Shown: positions 38,306 to 49,365, counted from the stretch's first letter. The stretch: 64,000 bases of DNA from Octopus vulgaris (GCA_951406725.2 OX597816.1:58900001-58964000); one strand, 5' to 3'. The notes: generated by a model not told the origin, from the letters alone. Program-made: numbers and translations.

Positions 38306-40357
38306 TTCGTCTGAGTTAGACGTGTTATTTTGCTGCTCCGGATGCCACGTTGTTTCAACGTGAACTATTGAACATTTGACTCGACTACAGGTAGGCGTTT
38401 TGTATTTTTGGGAGCGAAGTGAAGTTTATTGCTTGCATTTAATGTTTTTTAGCATTAAATATTTTTTTAGCAGATAATAAGGCTCCACTTTGCTCCGGAT
38501 ATAATTTTTCTGCCTGTTGTCGAGTGTAAAGAAAATTGTGTTTTTGAGGCGGCATAGTCCGTCTGCAAAAATTATTTTTGAAATTGTCGTTGTGTTATCC
38601 ACGGGATTTACCAAGGATTATTTTACCAAGGTGTTTCACCAACAGTGTATTTGGCCTGGAATACAATTTTTGGCCGAAAAAGTGAACAAAAAAAAAGAAA
38701 AATTAATTCCTTTGTCTGAATTTGAACTCTCTTTCTCCGTCTATCATTCATTTGTAAAAAAAAAAAAAGAACTTTTTTTGAACTGCCATTTTAATTTTAT
38801 TTCTTCCCTTCTGTTGCTTTTTTCATTCTCCTTTCTGTGTCTAATTTATTTTGTAACATTTTGAACTGTTTTTCTTACGTTATGGCAAGGAATTTCACTG
38901 TGTGGGAATTGACACCTCCCAAAAAGTACTTAAAGGAGCTCGAGGACAGAACCGTGGTGTTGAGGACATATTCGAGGTCGCTCGATACCATAATGGTTTT
39001 CCCAAAAGCCACCATTATGAACGAGCTGGCAGATTATATGCCAGCCGTTAAATATATTCAACGGGGAGCCAAATACGCAACGATTTGGTTGCTGTTTGAC
39101 TCCCCTAAAGCAGCTTGCGATTTCGCGAGTAAGCCCATTGAGGGCGAAGAGATTCTGTTTCTCCCAAGCTATAGGGGGAAAAAATTGATACGATTATGGG
39201 TCTGCGGCCTGTCGCCCGGCTTTGAGCCCGAGTGGGTGGAAGATTCTATCCGACGGGGTCTGAGTGGTGGTAGTGCCAAGATCCTGAACGTGAGAGTGCA
39301 GCCAGCGGCCGATTGGGAAGGGTCAAAGGCTACTTTGACTCTGTGGACTCAGTCGGCCAAGAGTTTGGTTTTGCCGGACTTCTTGAGGATGGCCGGGTCC
39401 AAGTATCCGGTGATACTGGAGGGACGCCCCCCCCCCCAAGTGTCACCTGTGTTCGGAGACCGGCCACATTAAGAACTGCCCCAGGGACCAGAGCAGGATC
39501 CTGGAGAAGTTAATATCAGAGCCTCTCCCTGCCCCACCAATGGAGGGAGAGAAACAAAGTGAGGAAGCGGCAACTTCCTCAACAAAAAGAAAAAGAAAAG
39601 TGGGGAGCAATGGTGACCCACCAAAAGAACCGGAGGCTGCGGAAGAAAAAGAGGACCCGGTGCGTACAACACCGGAACCTCAACCTCCCGAGGCCCAGCG
39701 TAAAAAGAAAAATCAAAAGAGGAACGGGACGCCACCAGCGGACTGTAACACCCAGATGGCGTCTCCCATGTGTCCTCCGGCGATTGTGATGCCGGAGAAA
39801 TTTTATGTAGTCCTCTTCCATAAAGGAGGCACTGTAGAAAACGAAATAGGTAAGATGAGGAAGAGAAACCAATGGGAGGGACTTCGGTCCTGCATGGAGT
39901 ATCCCGAGTGGCCTTCGCAGCTGGCTGCGGAGGTCCTACTCGAAAATGATATGTGCAGGATCGAGAATTCTTTCCCGGAGGATCTCTTGCAAGTCATACC
40001 TGTATGCGGAAGCCTGACGATGGACGATTGCGTCATTAAAGCAAGAGAGTTCATCGGTCGGGTAACGTAAAATTGTAATTGTGTTACATTGTGACAGAGG
40101 TTTATTGCCTCTGAAGAGACTTTTAAAAGTGTAAATTGTAAATTGAAATTTTTGTGAAAATTGTTTGAATTTTTGTAATTTTTGAAATTTTGTAAATTAT
40201 TGAAAAAAAGAACATTGTTTTAGAGAAGCAAAAGTCGGCGGGCGCTTTCTGACTTCTCCCATCACCATCTTCATCAACCACCATCATCATCCATTAATGT
40301 CCTTGTCCAGCCCGTAGCTACTCTGTGTGCTGCCCTAGTGGCAAATTAAATGAAATA
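38306..40357 (+). mobile_element. Element A: near full-length ORF1-only L1/Tx1-like retroelement
   Basis: Flanked by target copies at 38289-38305 and 40358-40373; AGACGTG at 38318; one ORF; ~290-bp 3'UTR ending in AATAAA. Confidence 0.8.
38882..40070 (+). CDS. Gag-like ORF1 (RRM-like folds, CCHC knuckle, unknown C-terminal domain), ~395 aa, one frameshift
   Basis: Track ORFs 38837-39472 and 39540-40070 join by removing one C from the 11-C run at 39427-39437: EGRPPPKCHLCSETGHIKNC. Confidence 0.75.
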
Positions 40358-40373
40358 AAGTAGCTTGCTTACC

Positions 40374-41153
40374 TGAAAGCTGCGGGAGAGGAGAACCCGG
40401 TGCGCACAGCTCCGGAACCTCAGCCTCCCGTGGCCCAGGGCAAGAAGAAAAAGAAAAAAAAGAGAAACGGAGCGTCGCCAGCGGATTGCTACACGCAGAC
40501 GGCGGTTCCCGAGTATCCCGGGTCCTCTCAGGCGGGTGTGCCACCTGAGGGACAATTCGTGGAAGATTTTGTGCTCCTCTTTTCTAAAGGAGAAAAGGTG
40601 GAAAGCACCGTAAGAAAAGTGAGAAAGAAAGGACGTTGGGAGATACTCCGAACCTGTACGGAGAACCCCGAGTGGCCTTCGCAGTTGGCTGCGGAGGTCG
40701 TGAGAAGGGCTGATCTACACGGGATCGTGGGTTCCTTCCCAGCGGACTCCTTCGAGATTATACCTCTGGACACTGACCTGACCAGCGAGTATTGCCTCAA
40801 TGAGGCAAGAGCGATGGTCGGCCGTGTCACATAGGTTGTGTAACATCTTTGTAACATGTGGAAGAGGAGGTTCATTGCCTCCTCTAAAATTTGTAAAATT
40901 TGTAATTGAATGTTAATTTTAACATTTTTGTAACAGGTTGAAGAGAAGGTTCATTGCCTACTCTAAAATTTGTAATTTGTAATCATTGTATTAAATGTAA
41001 TTATTGAACATTGTTTTAGAGAAGCGAGAGTCGGCGGGCGCTTTTTGACTTCTCCCATCACCATCTTCATATACCACCACCATCATCCATTAATGTCCTT
41101 GTCCAGCCCGTAGCTACTCTGTGTGCTGCCCTAGTGGCAAAATTGTTGAAATA
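40374..41153 (+). mobile_element. Element B: 5'-truncated paralogue of element A, ORF ends at 40834
   Basis: Shares PVRT.PEPQPP, PEWPSQLAAEV and GRVT-stop; near-identical last ~140 nt; followed by target copy 41154-41169. Confidence 0.85.
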
Positions 41154-41294
41154 AAGTAGCTTGCTTACCAACCACATGGTTCTGGGTTCAGTCCCACTGC
41201 GTGGCACCTTGGGCAAGTGTCTTCTACTATAGCTTCGGGCCGCCCAAAGCCTTGTGAGTGGATTTGGTAGACGGAAACTGAAAGAAGTCCGTCG

Positions 41295-41325
<31 letters not shown>

Positions 41326-41541
41326 TTGTGTGTTTGTGCTTGTCCACTTAGCATTACTTGACAACCGATGCTGGTGTGTTTACGTCCCCGTCACTTAGCG
41401 GTTCGGCAAAAGGGACCGATAGAATAAGTACAAGGCTTACAAAGAATAAGTCCCAGGGTCGATTTGCTCGAGTAAAGGCGGTGCTCCAGCATGGCCGCAG
41501 TCAAATGACTGAAACAAGTAAAAGAGTAAAAGAGTAAAAGA

Positions 41542-41592
<51 letters not shown>

Positions 41593-42087
41593 TGTGTGTG
41601 TATATGTTTGTGTGTGTGTGTCCCCAACATCGCTTGACAACCGATGCTGGTGTGTTTACGTCCCCGTAACATAGTGGATCGGCAAAAGAGACTGATAGAA
41701 TAAGTACTAGGCTTACAAAGAATAAGTCCTGGGGTCGACTTGCTTGACTAAAGGTGGTGCTCCAGCATGGCCGCAGTCAAAATAACTGAAACAAGTAAAA
41801 GAGTAAAGAGTAAAGAGTTACAATCCGGACCCAGCTCCCTCGGAATATTACTTGTTTCGATCGATGGTTCACTTCCTGCGCTCGCGATGCTTCAGCAACC
41901 AAGATGAGATGGAAGCTTTATTGAAGGAATTCTTCGCCTGAAAGGAGAAAAAACTAGTATCAGCGTGGAATCAAAGAACCGGAAGGAATGTGGTTTTAGA
42001 CGGTACAACACGATGACTTCTACTTTAAATGCTAAGCAGCTTTTGTTGGAACTTAAAGAATAAATCAAATGAGTTCCAAGATATTGC

Positions 42088-42203
42088 AACCGCCCCTCTC
42101 CACGCCACCAGTGTTATCCAAGGGAAAGACAAAGGTCGATACAGCTTGGCACCAGTGACGTCGCAACCACTGAGCCATGCGCCTTCACATATATGCGTCT
42201 ACA

Positions 42204-42250
<47 letters not shown>

Positions 42251-42725
42251 GTGTGTGTGTATATATATATATGAGTACTCAGCATCTTAAATCTGTTGTA
42301 ATACTTACAACATTTAATGAAATGATGTAGTACGAAACGATCGTACCAAATTACCGGCGTAATTTGATTATAATCACCCCACGGATTTTCATGGATAACA
42401 CCATACAAAATTCTGGTGCATCTAAATTAAGTACCACATTCATTTGAATCTAAATTTTTGCTGAACTTATATATATATATATATACCAACCTCCCCTCTC
42501 CACGCCACCAGTGTTATCCAAGGGAAAGACAAAGGTCGATACAGCTTGGCACCAGTGACGTCGCAACTCATTTCTACAGCTGAGTGAACTGGAGCAACGT
42601 GAAATAAAGTGCCGTGCTCAAGAACACAACACGCAGCCCGGTCCGGGATTCGAGCTCACAACCTCACGATCGTAAGCTCGACGCTCTAACCACTGAGCCA
42701 TGCGCCTTCACATATATGCGTCTAC

Positions 42726-42788
<63 letters not shown>

Positions 42789-43141
42789 CGCATATATGTG
42801 AAGGCGCATGGCTCAGTGGTTAGAGCGTCGAGCTTATGATCGTGAGGTTGTGAGCTCGAATCCCGGACCGGGCTGCGTGTTGTGTTCTTGAGCAAGGCAC
42901 TTTATTTCACGTTGCTCCAGTTCACTCAGCTATAGAAATGAGTTGCGACGTCACTGGTGCCAAGCTGTATCGACCTTTGTCTTTCCCTTGGATAACACTG
43001 GTGGCGTGGAGAGGGGAGGCTGGTATGCATGGGCGACTGCTGGTCTTCCATAAACAACCTTGCCCGGACTTGTGTCTAGGAGGGTAACTTTCTAGGTGCA
43101 ATCCCATGGTCATTCATGACCGAAGGGGGTCTTTACCCTTT
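42088..43141. mobile_element. CORE-like tRNA SINE S4: full copy 42800-43141 (+), inverted copy 42483-42726, internally deleted copy 42088-42205
   Basis: A/B boxes; GTGTTCTTGAGCAAGGCACTT...CACTCAGCT core; flank CACATATATGCGTCTACA shared by all three. Confidence 0.85.
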
Positions 43142-43194
43142 ATGTTTATATGTGTGTGTGTGTGTATTTTGTTAGGAAATTATAAATTATAATG

Positions 43195-44845
43195 ATTTTT
43201 ATTACAGCCACAAGGGCCTAACACAGAGGGGACAATACAAAGACAGACAGGACAGCATAGTGGGGACAAAAACCTAAAACGAATGTAAAATGAAAAATGG
43301 TAATACGTACAATGAAATCGATGAAGATGAAATGGCTGCATGTGCCCCACTCACATGCAGCACCATTTAAACGTTCTTACTGTCCGTTTTATAATCCATG
43401 TTTTTAGTCTCTTTGAATCTTTTGTTTTACTCTTTTGGGTTTTTTTTTTTTCATAAACACAAGTTACTCTCTCTCTTCTTTTAAATTCCTTTAATATACG
43501 GTTCTTAATTCACTGATGATAGTTCTGTCGAACTCTACCTGGAAAGTTGGTGGTTCGAGTCTGCATTTTTTCTTTCCACCTGCTGTATCTTTCTTTGTCT
43601 ATTAGAATCACCTTCACACTCTCAGCGTAACTGTCCTTTGGCAACTTCACCCTTATGACCGATTTCATCTTGCTTAATCATCTTTTCCGTGCATACATTT
43701 TGTGTCGTATTTTACAAAACACCAATTGTACTTTCTCCGTTCTTGCTCACTGTGTTCTGCTCTTGGCGTCACTCTACCCATTTCAGTCGCTGTCGCTTCT
43801 TCCTCTCGCTGCTGTTCTACTTCATGGGTTAAACGACCCTCCAGTCTGCCTGCTTCCACCTGTTCCTCCTCCATAACTTCCTTCTCAACCTCCTTTTCAA
43901 CCTCCTTTACAACTGCTTCCTCTATCACCTTTATTCCATTTTTCTTTTTCTGTCTCTCGGACGGAGAGCCCTTTCTTTTTCTTTTTTTTAACAACTTCGA
44001 ATCCCTCCTCTGCCTCTTTCTCCTCCTCCTGTACCCCATCATTCACTTTCTCCTGCTCCTCCGACTGTTCTATTTCTTGTTCTCTTTCTTCTCTCTGGAG
44101 GCACCTCGCCTTCATGTGGCCTTTCTCGCCACACAAATAACATCTGGGAGGCCTGCCCTCCGCCACTACTCTCAATCTCACATCTTCTGGCAGAATTATT
44201 TCTTCTGGGATCCTGATCCTATCACTATCAGTTGCCTGAAGTGACATCTCGATCCCGTATCCCCATCAATACACCTTTCTCGTTCTTGTCACTCTTAGCA
44301 TCCTGGCATTTTCTTCCATATTGTGTAATATCGCTGCAACCAGCAATGTCTCCTCTAATTCTGATGGTATTTTTCCTATCCTCACTCGAAAAACTCTTCT
44401 GCCGCAGTAAGTTGGTAGGAAAACCCACTCTTCCGATTTTGTGGCATCAGTGGAGTGCAATACCGCTTCGACGTCGCTATGAAAACGCACCTCCACTGTG
44501 CCATATTTTCTTCCTCTTGTTATAAATGTCGTCTTCTTTTAATTACTTGTAATCTCTTCTCAATTTCTTCAATTGGTGCTATTTCAATTTTCTTTGACGA
44601 TACTTTCAGAGTTTTATAAATAATGGTTTTTCTCTTTACACCATATATTAAATCGAGTGTAGACTTCAATTTTAGATTGTGGCCTTCTCTTTCTAAAAGG
44701 TTGCCGCATTCCATCAACCTTTCCGACTCGATTTTCACCTTTCGTACTTCCAAATCCTGGACTGCAACACCTTTCCAGTTGCATCCACATAACTGTGGCT
44801 CTTGGCTGGTTCAGTTTGCGTAGCCCTTCTCGTTGGTTCTTCCAT
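43195..44845 (-). mobile_element. Element C: degraded ORF1-only L1/Tx1-like retroelement
   Basis: FLPTYCGRRVFRVRIGKIP and EGRPPRCYLCGEKGHMKARC (CX2CX4HX4C) align with element A; frameshifted; ~300-bp 3'UTR ending in AATAAA at 43198-43203. Confidence 0.8.
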
Positions 44846-45540
44846 AACGCTCGGAGTTTACAGTAACAGCATTTCCATTATTGTCTTCAAAAATGTAAGG
44901 ACCAATGATGGCAGCTTTTCCCCCAGCACACCAGACCGTCACTTTTGGGCCGTGCAGTGGTCTTTCGTGTAGTTCTCTCGAATTTTCAAGTGCCCAATAA
45001 CGACAGTTCTGTTGATTCAGCATGCCACTGAGAAGAAAATGAGCTTCATCACTCATTAACATTTGCCTCAAAAATTACTTCCATCTGACGTGCGAAGTTA
45101 AGCCGCTCTACATAGTCCCATGGTTACAACTGTTGCCCAATGACCTATTTGTATAGGTGGAAATGCAGGTCTTCATGCAAAATACGCCGATTACAGATGC
45201 CAAGTTCAGTGGAATTCCTCCGAGCAGAGCGATTAGGATTCCGCATCAAAGCTTATCTGACGCGTTCCACATTTTTCGGGGTCCGTACCGTTCGTGGCGA
45301 CCCAACCAGTTTCCTATTCATTAGTGTACCTCGTGTACGAAGTGCATTCATCCAACGTAAGATTGTGTTACAGGTAAGAACAGCCTGATTTCGGTCAATG
45401 TTGAAGTAGCGCCTAAACTCACGCTGAACTGCTGTGACAGACTCGTTATTCTTCACGTAGCAATCATAGACAAACACACGATGCTCTATCGTTCTCAACG
45501 CCATGGCCTCTGAAAAGAAAAAAAATGCTAAGACACTATG
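44846..45540 (-). pseudogene. Tc1/mariner-superfamily transposase 5' part (DUF4817-type HTH, rosa/DD41D-like)
   Basis: EHRVFVYDCYVKNNESVTAVQREFRR...; SDEAHF.LSG..N.QNCRYW...PLH.PKVTVWC...IIGPY.FE...TVNSERY. Confidence 0.85.
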
Positions 45541-46313
45541 GACCTAATGGTACCTGTCAGACATATATCCCTCCCCTTGGGGCTGAATAATAGCTGGGTA
45601 TGGTAATAAATATTGTCAAGATTTTATGAGTAGTATTAAGTAACTGTCTATAAAGGAGGCTAGGTAGGGGAAGACCCCAAATCAAGGTGTTAATTACTAG
45701 TTAAAGGGGCAAGACGCTAATAAAACCTGTAATGTTAATACAGAGGAAATTTTATCATAAGGTATTATGGGTGATTACTTATAAAACAATATTGTTATGT
45801 TGTATAAAGATAAAATTTAAGATTATCAAAAATGATATAGCCAAAATAGATAAAATGTATATATATTCCAATTTTTAACATTAGAAAGGAAAGATTACAT
45901 AGAATTAGTTTAATATTCATTCATGTACTTAATTATTTACTTATTAGGTGGTTTCTAAAAAGACTGCTCTGGGTATTTACTTATGGAATACTGGGGCGAT
46001 AAACCATGCTATCTATATATTAATTATAAGCTAAGAATTAGAAAAAAATCGGAAAAAATAAAAGTTGTATACAGATACACACACATATATTTATCTATAT
46101 GCACACATGCAAAAATACACAAATATTTATACGTTATTATGGATATGTTATAATCAACTCTCATAGACTTGAGTAACTAGAAAGTTCATATCTCTATTTA
46201 AGAACAGTAACAACTTATAAGGGATAAGTGTTTAATAGATAAGAGGTTAATAGATAAAGATATCAAAATAAGAAAACAAAATAAGAAATTATAGAGAATA
46301 GTAAGAAAATATA

Positions 46314-46716
46314 TTGGGTTGGCAACTAAGTTCCCGCCGTTTTTTTATATTTTGGAATTTATTGCGTTTTTAAATTTTGAAATCTATTTTTTTCGAGAAT
46401 TCCATTTTTGAATCATTTTGAAATCGTTTCTTTTTTTTCTCTAGTTAATTTTAGATAATTTTTGATTATTTTCAGATCATTAAAATGGAATGTCAAGTTA
46501 AGAAAAACGAGCATTTTCGATACCTCCTTTTTGCTTTTAATCAAGGTTCTAAGGCCGCAAAGCTGCTCGCGACATTTGTGCTGTGTATGGAGAGGGAGCC
46601 ATAGCTGAAAGAACCGCTCGTGATTGCTATGCCAAATTCAAAAATGGAAATTTTGACCTCAAAGACGCACCTCGTTCTGGTCGTCCAGTTGAGTTCGATG
46701 AAGAGCGATTAAACCA
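46314..46716 (+). mobile_element. mariner 5' end (TIR plus HTH)
   Basis: TA-TTGGGTTGGCAACTAAG TIR; AARDICAVYGEGAIAERTARD.YAKFKNGNFDLKDAPRSGRP. Confidence 0.85.
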
Positions 46717-47115
46717 GGAGAACCTAGTCATGGCTGTCAAACAATTTCTGCGACCACATCACTCTTAACATCCGGCCACCTAACTTCCCAGACTGCAATC
46801 CCCTTGATTATTATGTGTGGGGCGCAGTTGAGCGAGAGACCAACAAAACTTGTAACACCAAAGATGAACTGAAGGCAAGGATTATGGTAACATTCACCAA
46901 CTTAAACAAGGAGACCGCCCAGAAGAGTTGCAGGAGATTCCGAAGTCATCTGGAAGCCGTGGTTGAAGACAATGGCGATTTTATTGAATAAATTTACTCT
47001 TTAGTATTCAAGATATTTTTATGTAACTTTGGTAAATATATCTGTTAAAATGAGATGTCAGAGTTATTTTCCTTTTTGCGTAATTTAGACGACAGTTTAT
47101 TCACCGCACCCTGTA
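46717..47115 (+). mobile_element. DD37D/maT-like transposase 3' end with TIR
   Basis: SPDCNPLDYYVWGAVERETN...CRRFRSHLEAVVEDNGDFIE-stop; ends CGCACCCTG-TA. Confidence 0.8.
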
Positions 47116-47158
47116 TATATATGTATATGTCTTTCTCTCTCTTTCTCTCTCTGTCTCT

Positions 47159-47247
<89 letters not shown>

Positions 47248-47339
47248 CTCCTTCTTCCATTTTCCTGAGCGTCTAATAATAATAATACTGTAATTGTTCC
47301 ACGTGTTGTTGTTTTTTCTGTTTTCCCGTTTGGATTAAC

Positions 47340-47385
<46 letters not shown>

Positions 47386-47607
47386 TACTAATATAGGATG
47401 AAGTTTTTTCTCTACAGAAAAGAATTCCATCAAGAAATGTGGCAGCATATTAAAATACCTTTACGGTTAAAATTATAAACAACTTATAAGAAAGGGCTAA
47501 AGAAAAATTATTTCAAAGCCAATATGCTGATTTTCCACATATAATCTACACGCAAGATTGAATTGAAGTCGGGCAAGCTAACCTTTAGAACATTTAAATT
47601 TCGTTAT

Positions 47608-47667
47608 CTCTATATTGAATCAATTTCGGAATTAATCTCATAAAAGATTTATTCGTCTTCAGTAGAG
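47608..47667 (-). ncRNA. Type I hammerhead fold (inverted copy)
   Basis: CTCTA-CTGAAGA-stem II-GAAA-TTGATTCA-ATA-TAGAG on the minus strand. Confidence 0.7.
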
Positions 47668-48182
47668 CTTACGAGAGAATATAAATAAGATACTTACATG
47701 CGCCTATGGAAAAAGCCGAAGCAAAAAAACATAAGTACATTTAAGTACCCCAGTTATATCTAAAAATATAGAGATAACGAAATTTAAATGTTTTAACGGT
47801 TAGCTTGCCCGACTTCAGTTCAATCTTGCGTGTAGATTATATGTGGAAAATCAGCATGTTGGCTTTGAAATAATTTTTCTTTAGCCCTTTCTTATAAGTT
47901 GTTTATAATTTTAACCGTAAAGGTATTTTAATATGCTGCCACATTTCTTGATGGAATTCTTTTCTGTAGAGAAAAAAACTTCATCTTATATTAGTAGTAG
48001 ACTTATGACTACCAGCTACAGAGACTGGTAACCACTATAATCTGTAGTGGCGAACAGTCAACACGTTGTTCTGAGGCTGACCAAAGAATTTTTATTTTTA
48101 GATATAACTGGGGTACTTATGTTTTTTGCTTCGGCTTTTTCCATAGGCGCATGTAAGTATCTTATTTATATTCTCTCGTAAG

Positions 48183-48242
48183 CTCTACTGAAGACGAATA
48201 AATCTTTTATGAGATTAATTCCGAAATTGATTTAATATAGAG
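48183..48242 (+). ncRNA. Type I hammerhead fold
   Basis: Stem I CTCTA/TAGAG; CTGAAGA 48188-48194; stem II GAAT.AATCT/AGATT.ATTC (closing C.C mismatch); GAAA; ATA triplet at 48235-48237. Confidence 0.7.
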
Positions 48243-48386
48243 ATAACGAAATTTAAATGTTCTAACGGTTAGCTTGCCCGACTTCAGTTCAATATTTCTG
48301 TAGCGTGTAGATTATATGTGGAAAATCGGCATATTGGCTTTGAAATAATTTTTCTTTAGCCCTTTCTTATAAGTATATATACATAT

Positions 48387-48508
48387 AAAGATTGAATTTC
48401 CCTCCGGAAGCAGTTCCGCAACCATAGGATGAATTTGATAAGATAAAATGCTTAAATAGTCTTGACTATAAATTCTGCCATGAGGGAAAACCATTGAGCC
48501 GGCGGATT

Positions 48509-48558
<50 letters not shown>

Positions 48559-48910
48559 AATCCGCCGGCTCAATGGTTTTCCCTCATGGCAGAATTTATA
48601 GTCAAGACTATTTAAGCATTTTATCTTATCAAATTCATCCTATGGTTGCGGAACTGCTTCCGGAGGGAAATTCAATCTTTCAGGATGATAAGACACCAAT
48701 TCACACAGCTAAAGTTGTTATTGAATGGCACGAGGAACATTCTAGTGAAGTTGAACATGTTTATCTGGCTACCACAGTCCCCAGGTCTCAATATTATTGA
48801 ACATTATGGCGCATATCCTCCACCATCATCACTACAAGAACTGGAGACTGTTTTTGCTGAAGGCGGTCCTAAATTTTAAGGTGTTTCCATTATTTTGTCT
48901 AACCCCAGTA
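48387..48910 (+). mobile_element. Tc1-type transposase 3' fragment with a 127-bp inverted duplication around (TA)n
   Basis: FQDDKTPIHTAK...WLPQSPGLNIIEH; 48387-48513 is the reverse complement of 48554-48680. Confidence 0.85.
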
Positions 48911-48924
48911 TATATGTAGAGAGA

Positions 48925-49365
48925 GACGTAGGTATGGTAAGAAGCTTGCTTCTCAACGACACCGTCCTGGGCCCAGTCCCACTGCGTGGCACCTTGGGCA
49001 AGTGTCTTCCACTAGAACTTCGGGCCGATAAAACCTTATGAGTGAATTTGGTAGACGGAAGCTGAAAGAAGCCCATCAAATACATGTGTGTGTGTGTTTG
49101 TGTGTGTGTGCGTGTGCGTGTGTGTGTATGTGTGTGTGTGCATGCGTGTGTGTATTTGTGTATGTGTTTGTTCCCCTCAACTGCTTGACAACCGGTGTTA
49201 GTGTGATTACATCCCTGAAGCTTAGCGGTTTCGGCAAAACTCACTGATAGACTATGTACCAGGTTTGAAATCAAGTACTGGGATCGATTCATTGGGCTAA
49301 AAATTATTCAAGGTGGTGTCCCAGCAAGACCGCTGTGTAATAACTGAAACAAGTAAAGGATAAGA
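48925..49365 (+). mobile_element. SINE S1 (other copies: 8930-9160, 55341-55710, 55880-56245 minus, 57660-57825 minus, 63290-63455 minus)
   Basis: Bipartite SINE with a (TG)n spacer matching 41154-41542. Confidence 0.85.

Larger units (their letters stand above)
38267..41542 (+). mobile_element. tRNA-derived SINE S1 split by two inserted elements (head 38267-38305, body 41154-41542; duplicated tail 41620-41818)
   Basis: GGCGCAGGAGTGGTTGTGTGGTAAGTAGC... joins AAGTAGCTTGCTTACCAACCACATGGTT; uninterrupted version at 55348-55400. Confidence 0.9.
47384..48375. mobile_element. 469-bp retrozyme-like unit (about 1.3 copies) plus an inverted copy
   Basis: Direct repeat from 47769 and 48238; 47384-47767 is an inverted copy spanning the ribozyme. 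Confidence 0.8.

Noticed and set aside
43702-44244. 180-aa plus-strand ORF
   Set aside because: Antisense shadow of the purine-rich element C ORF
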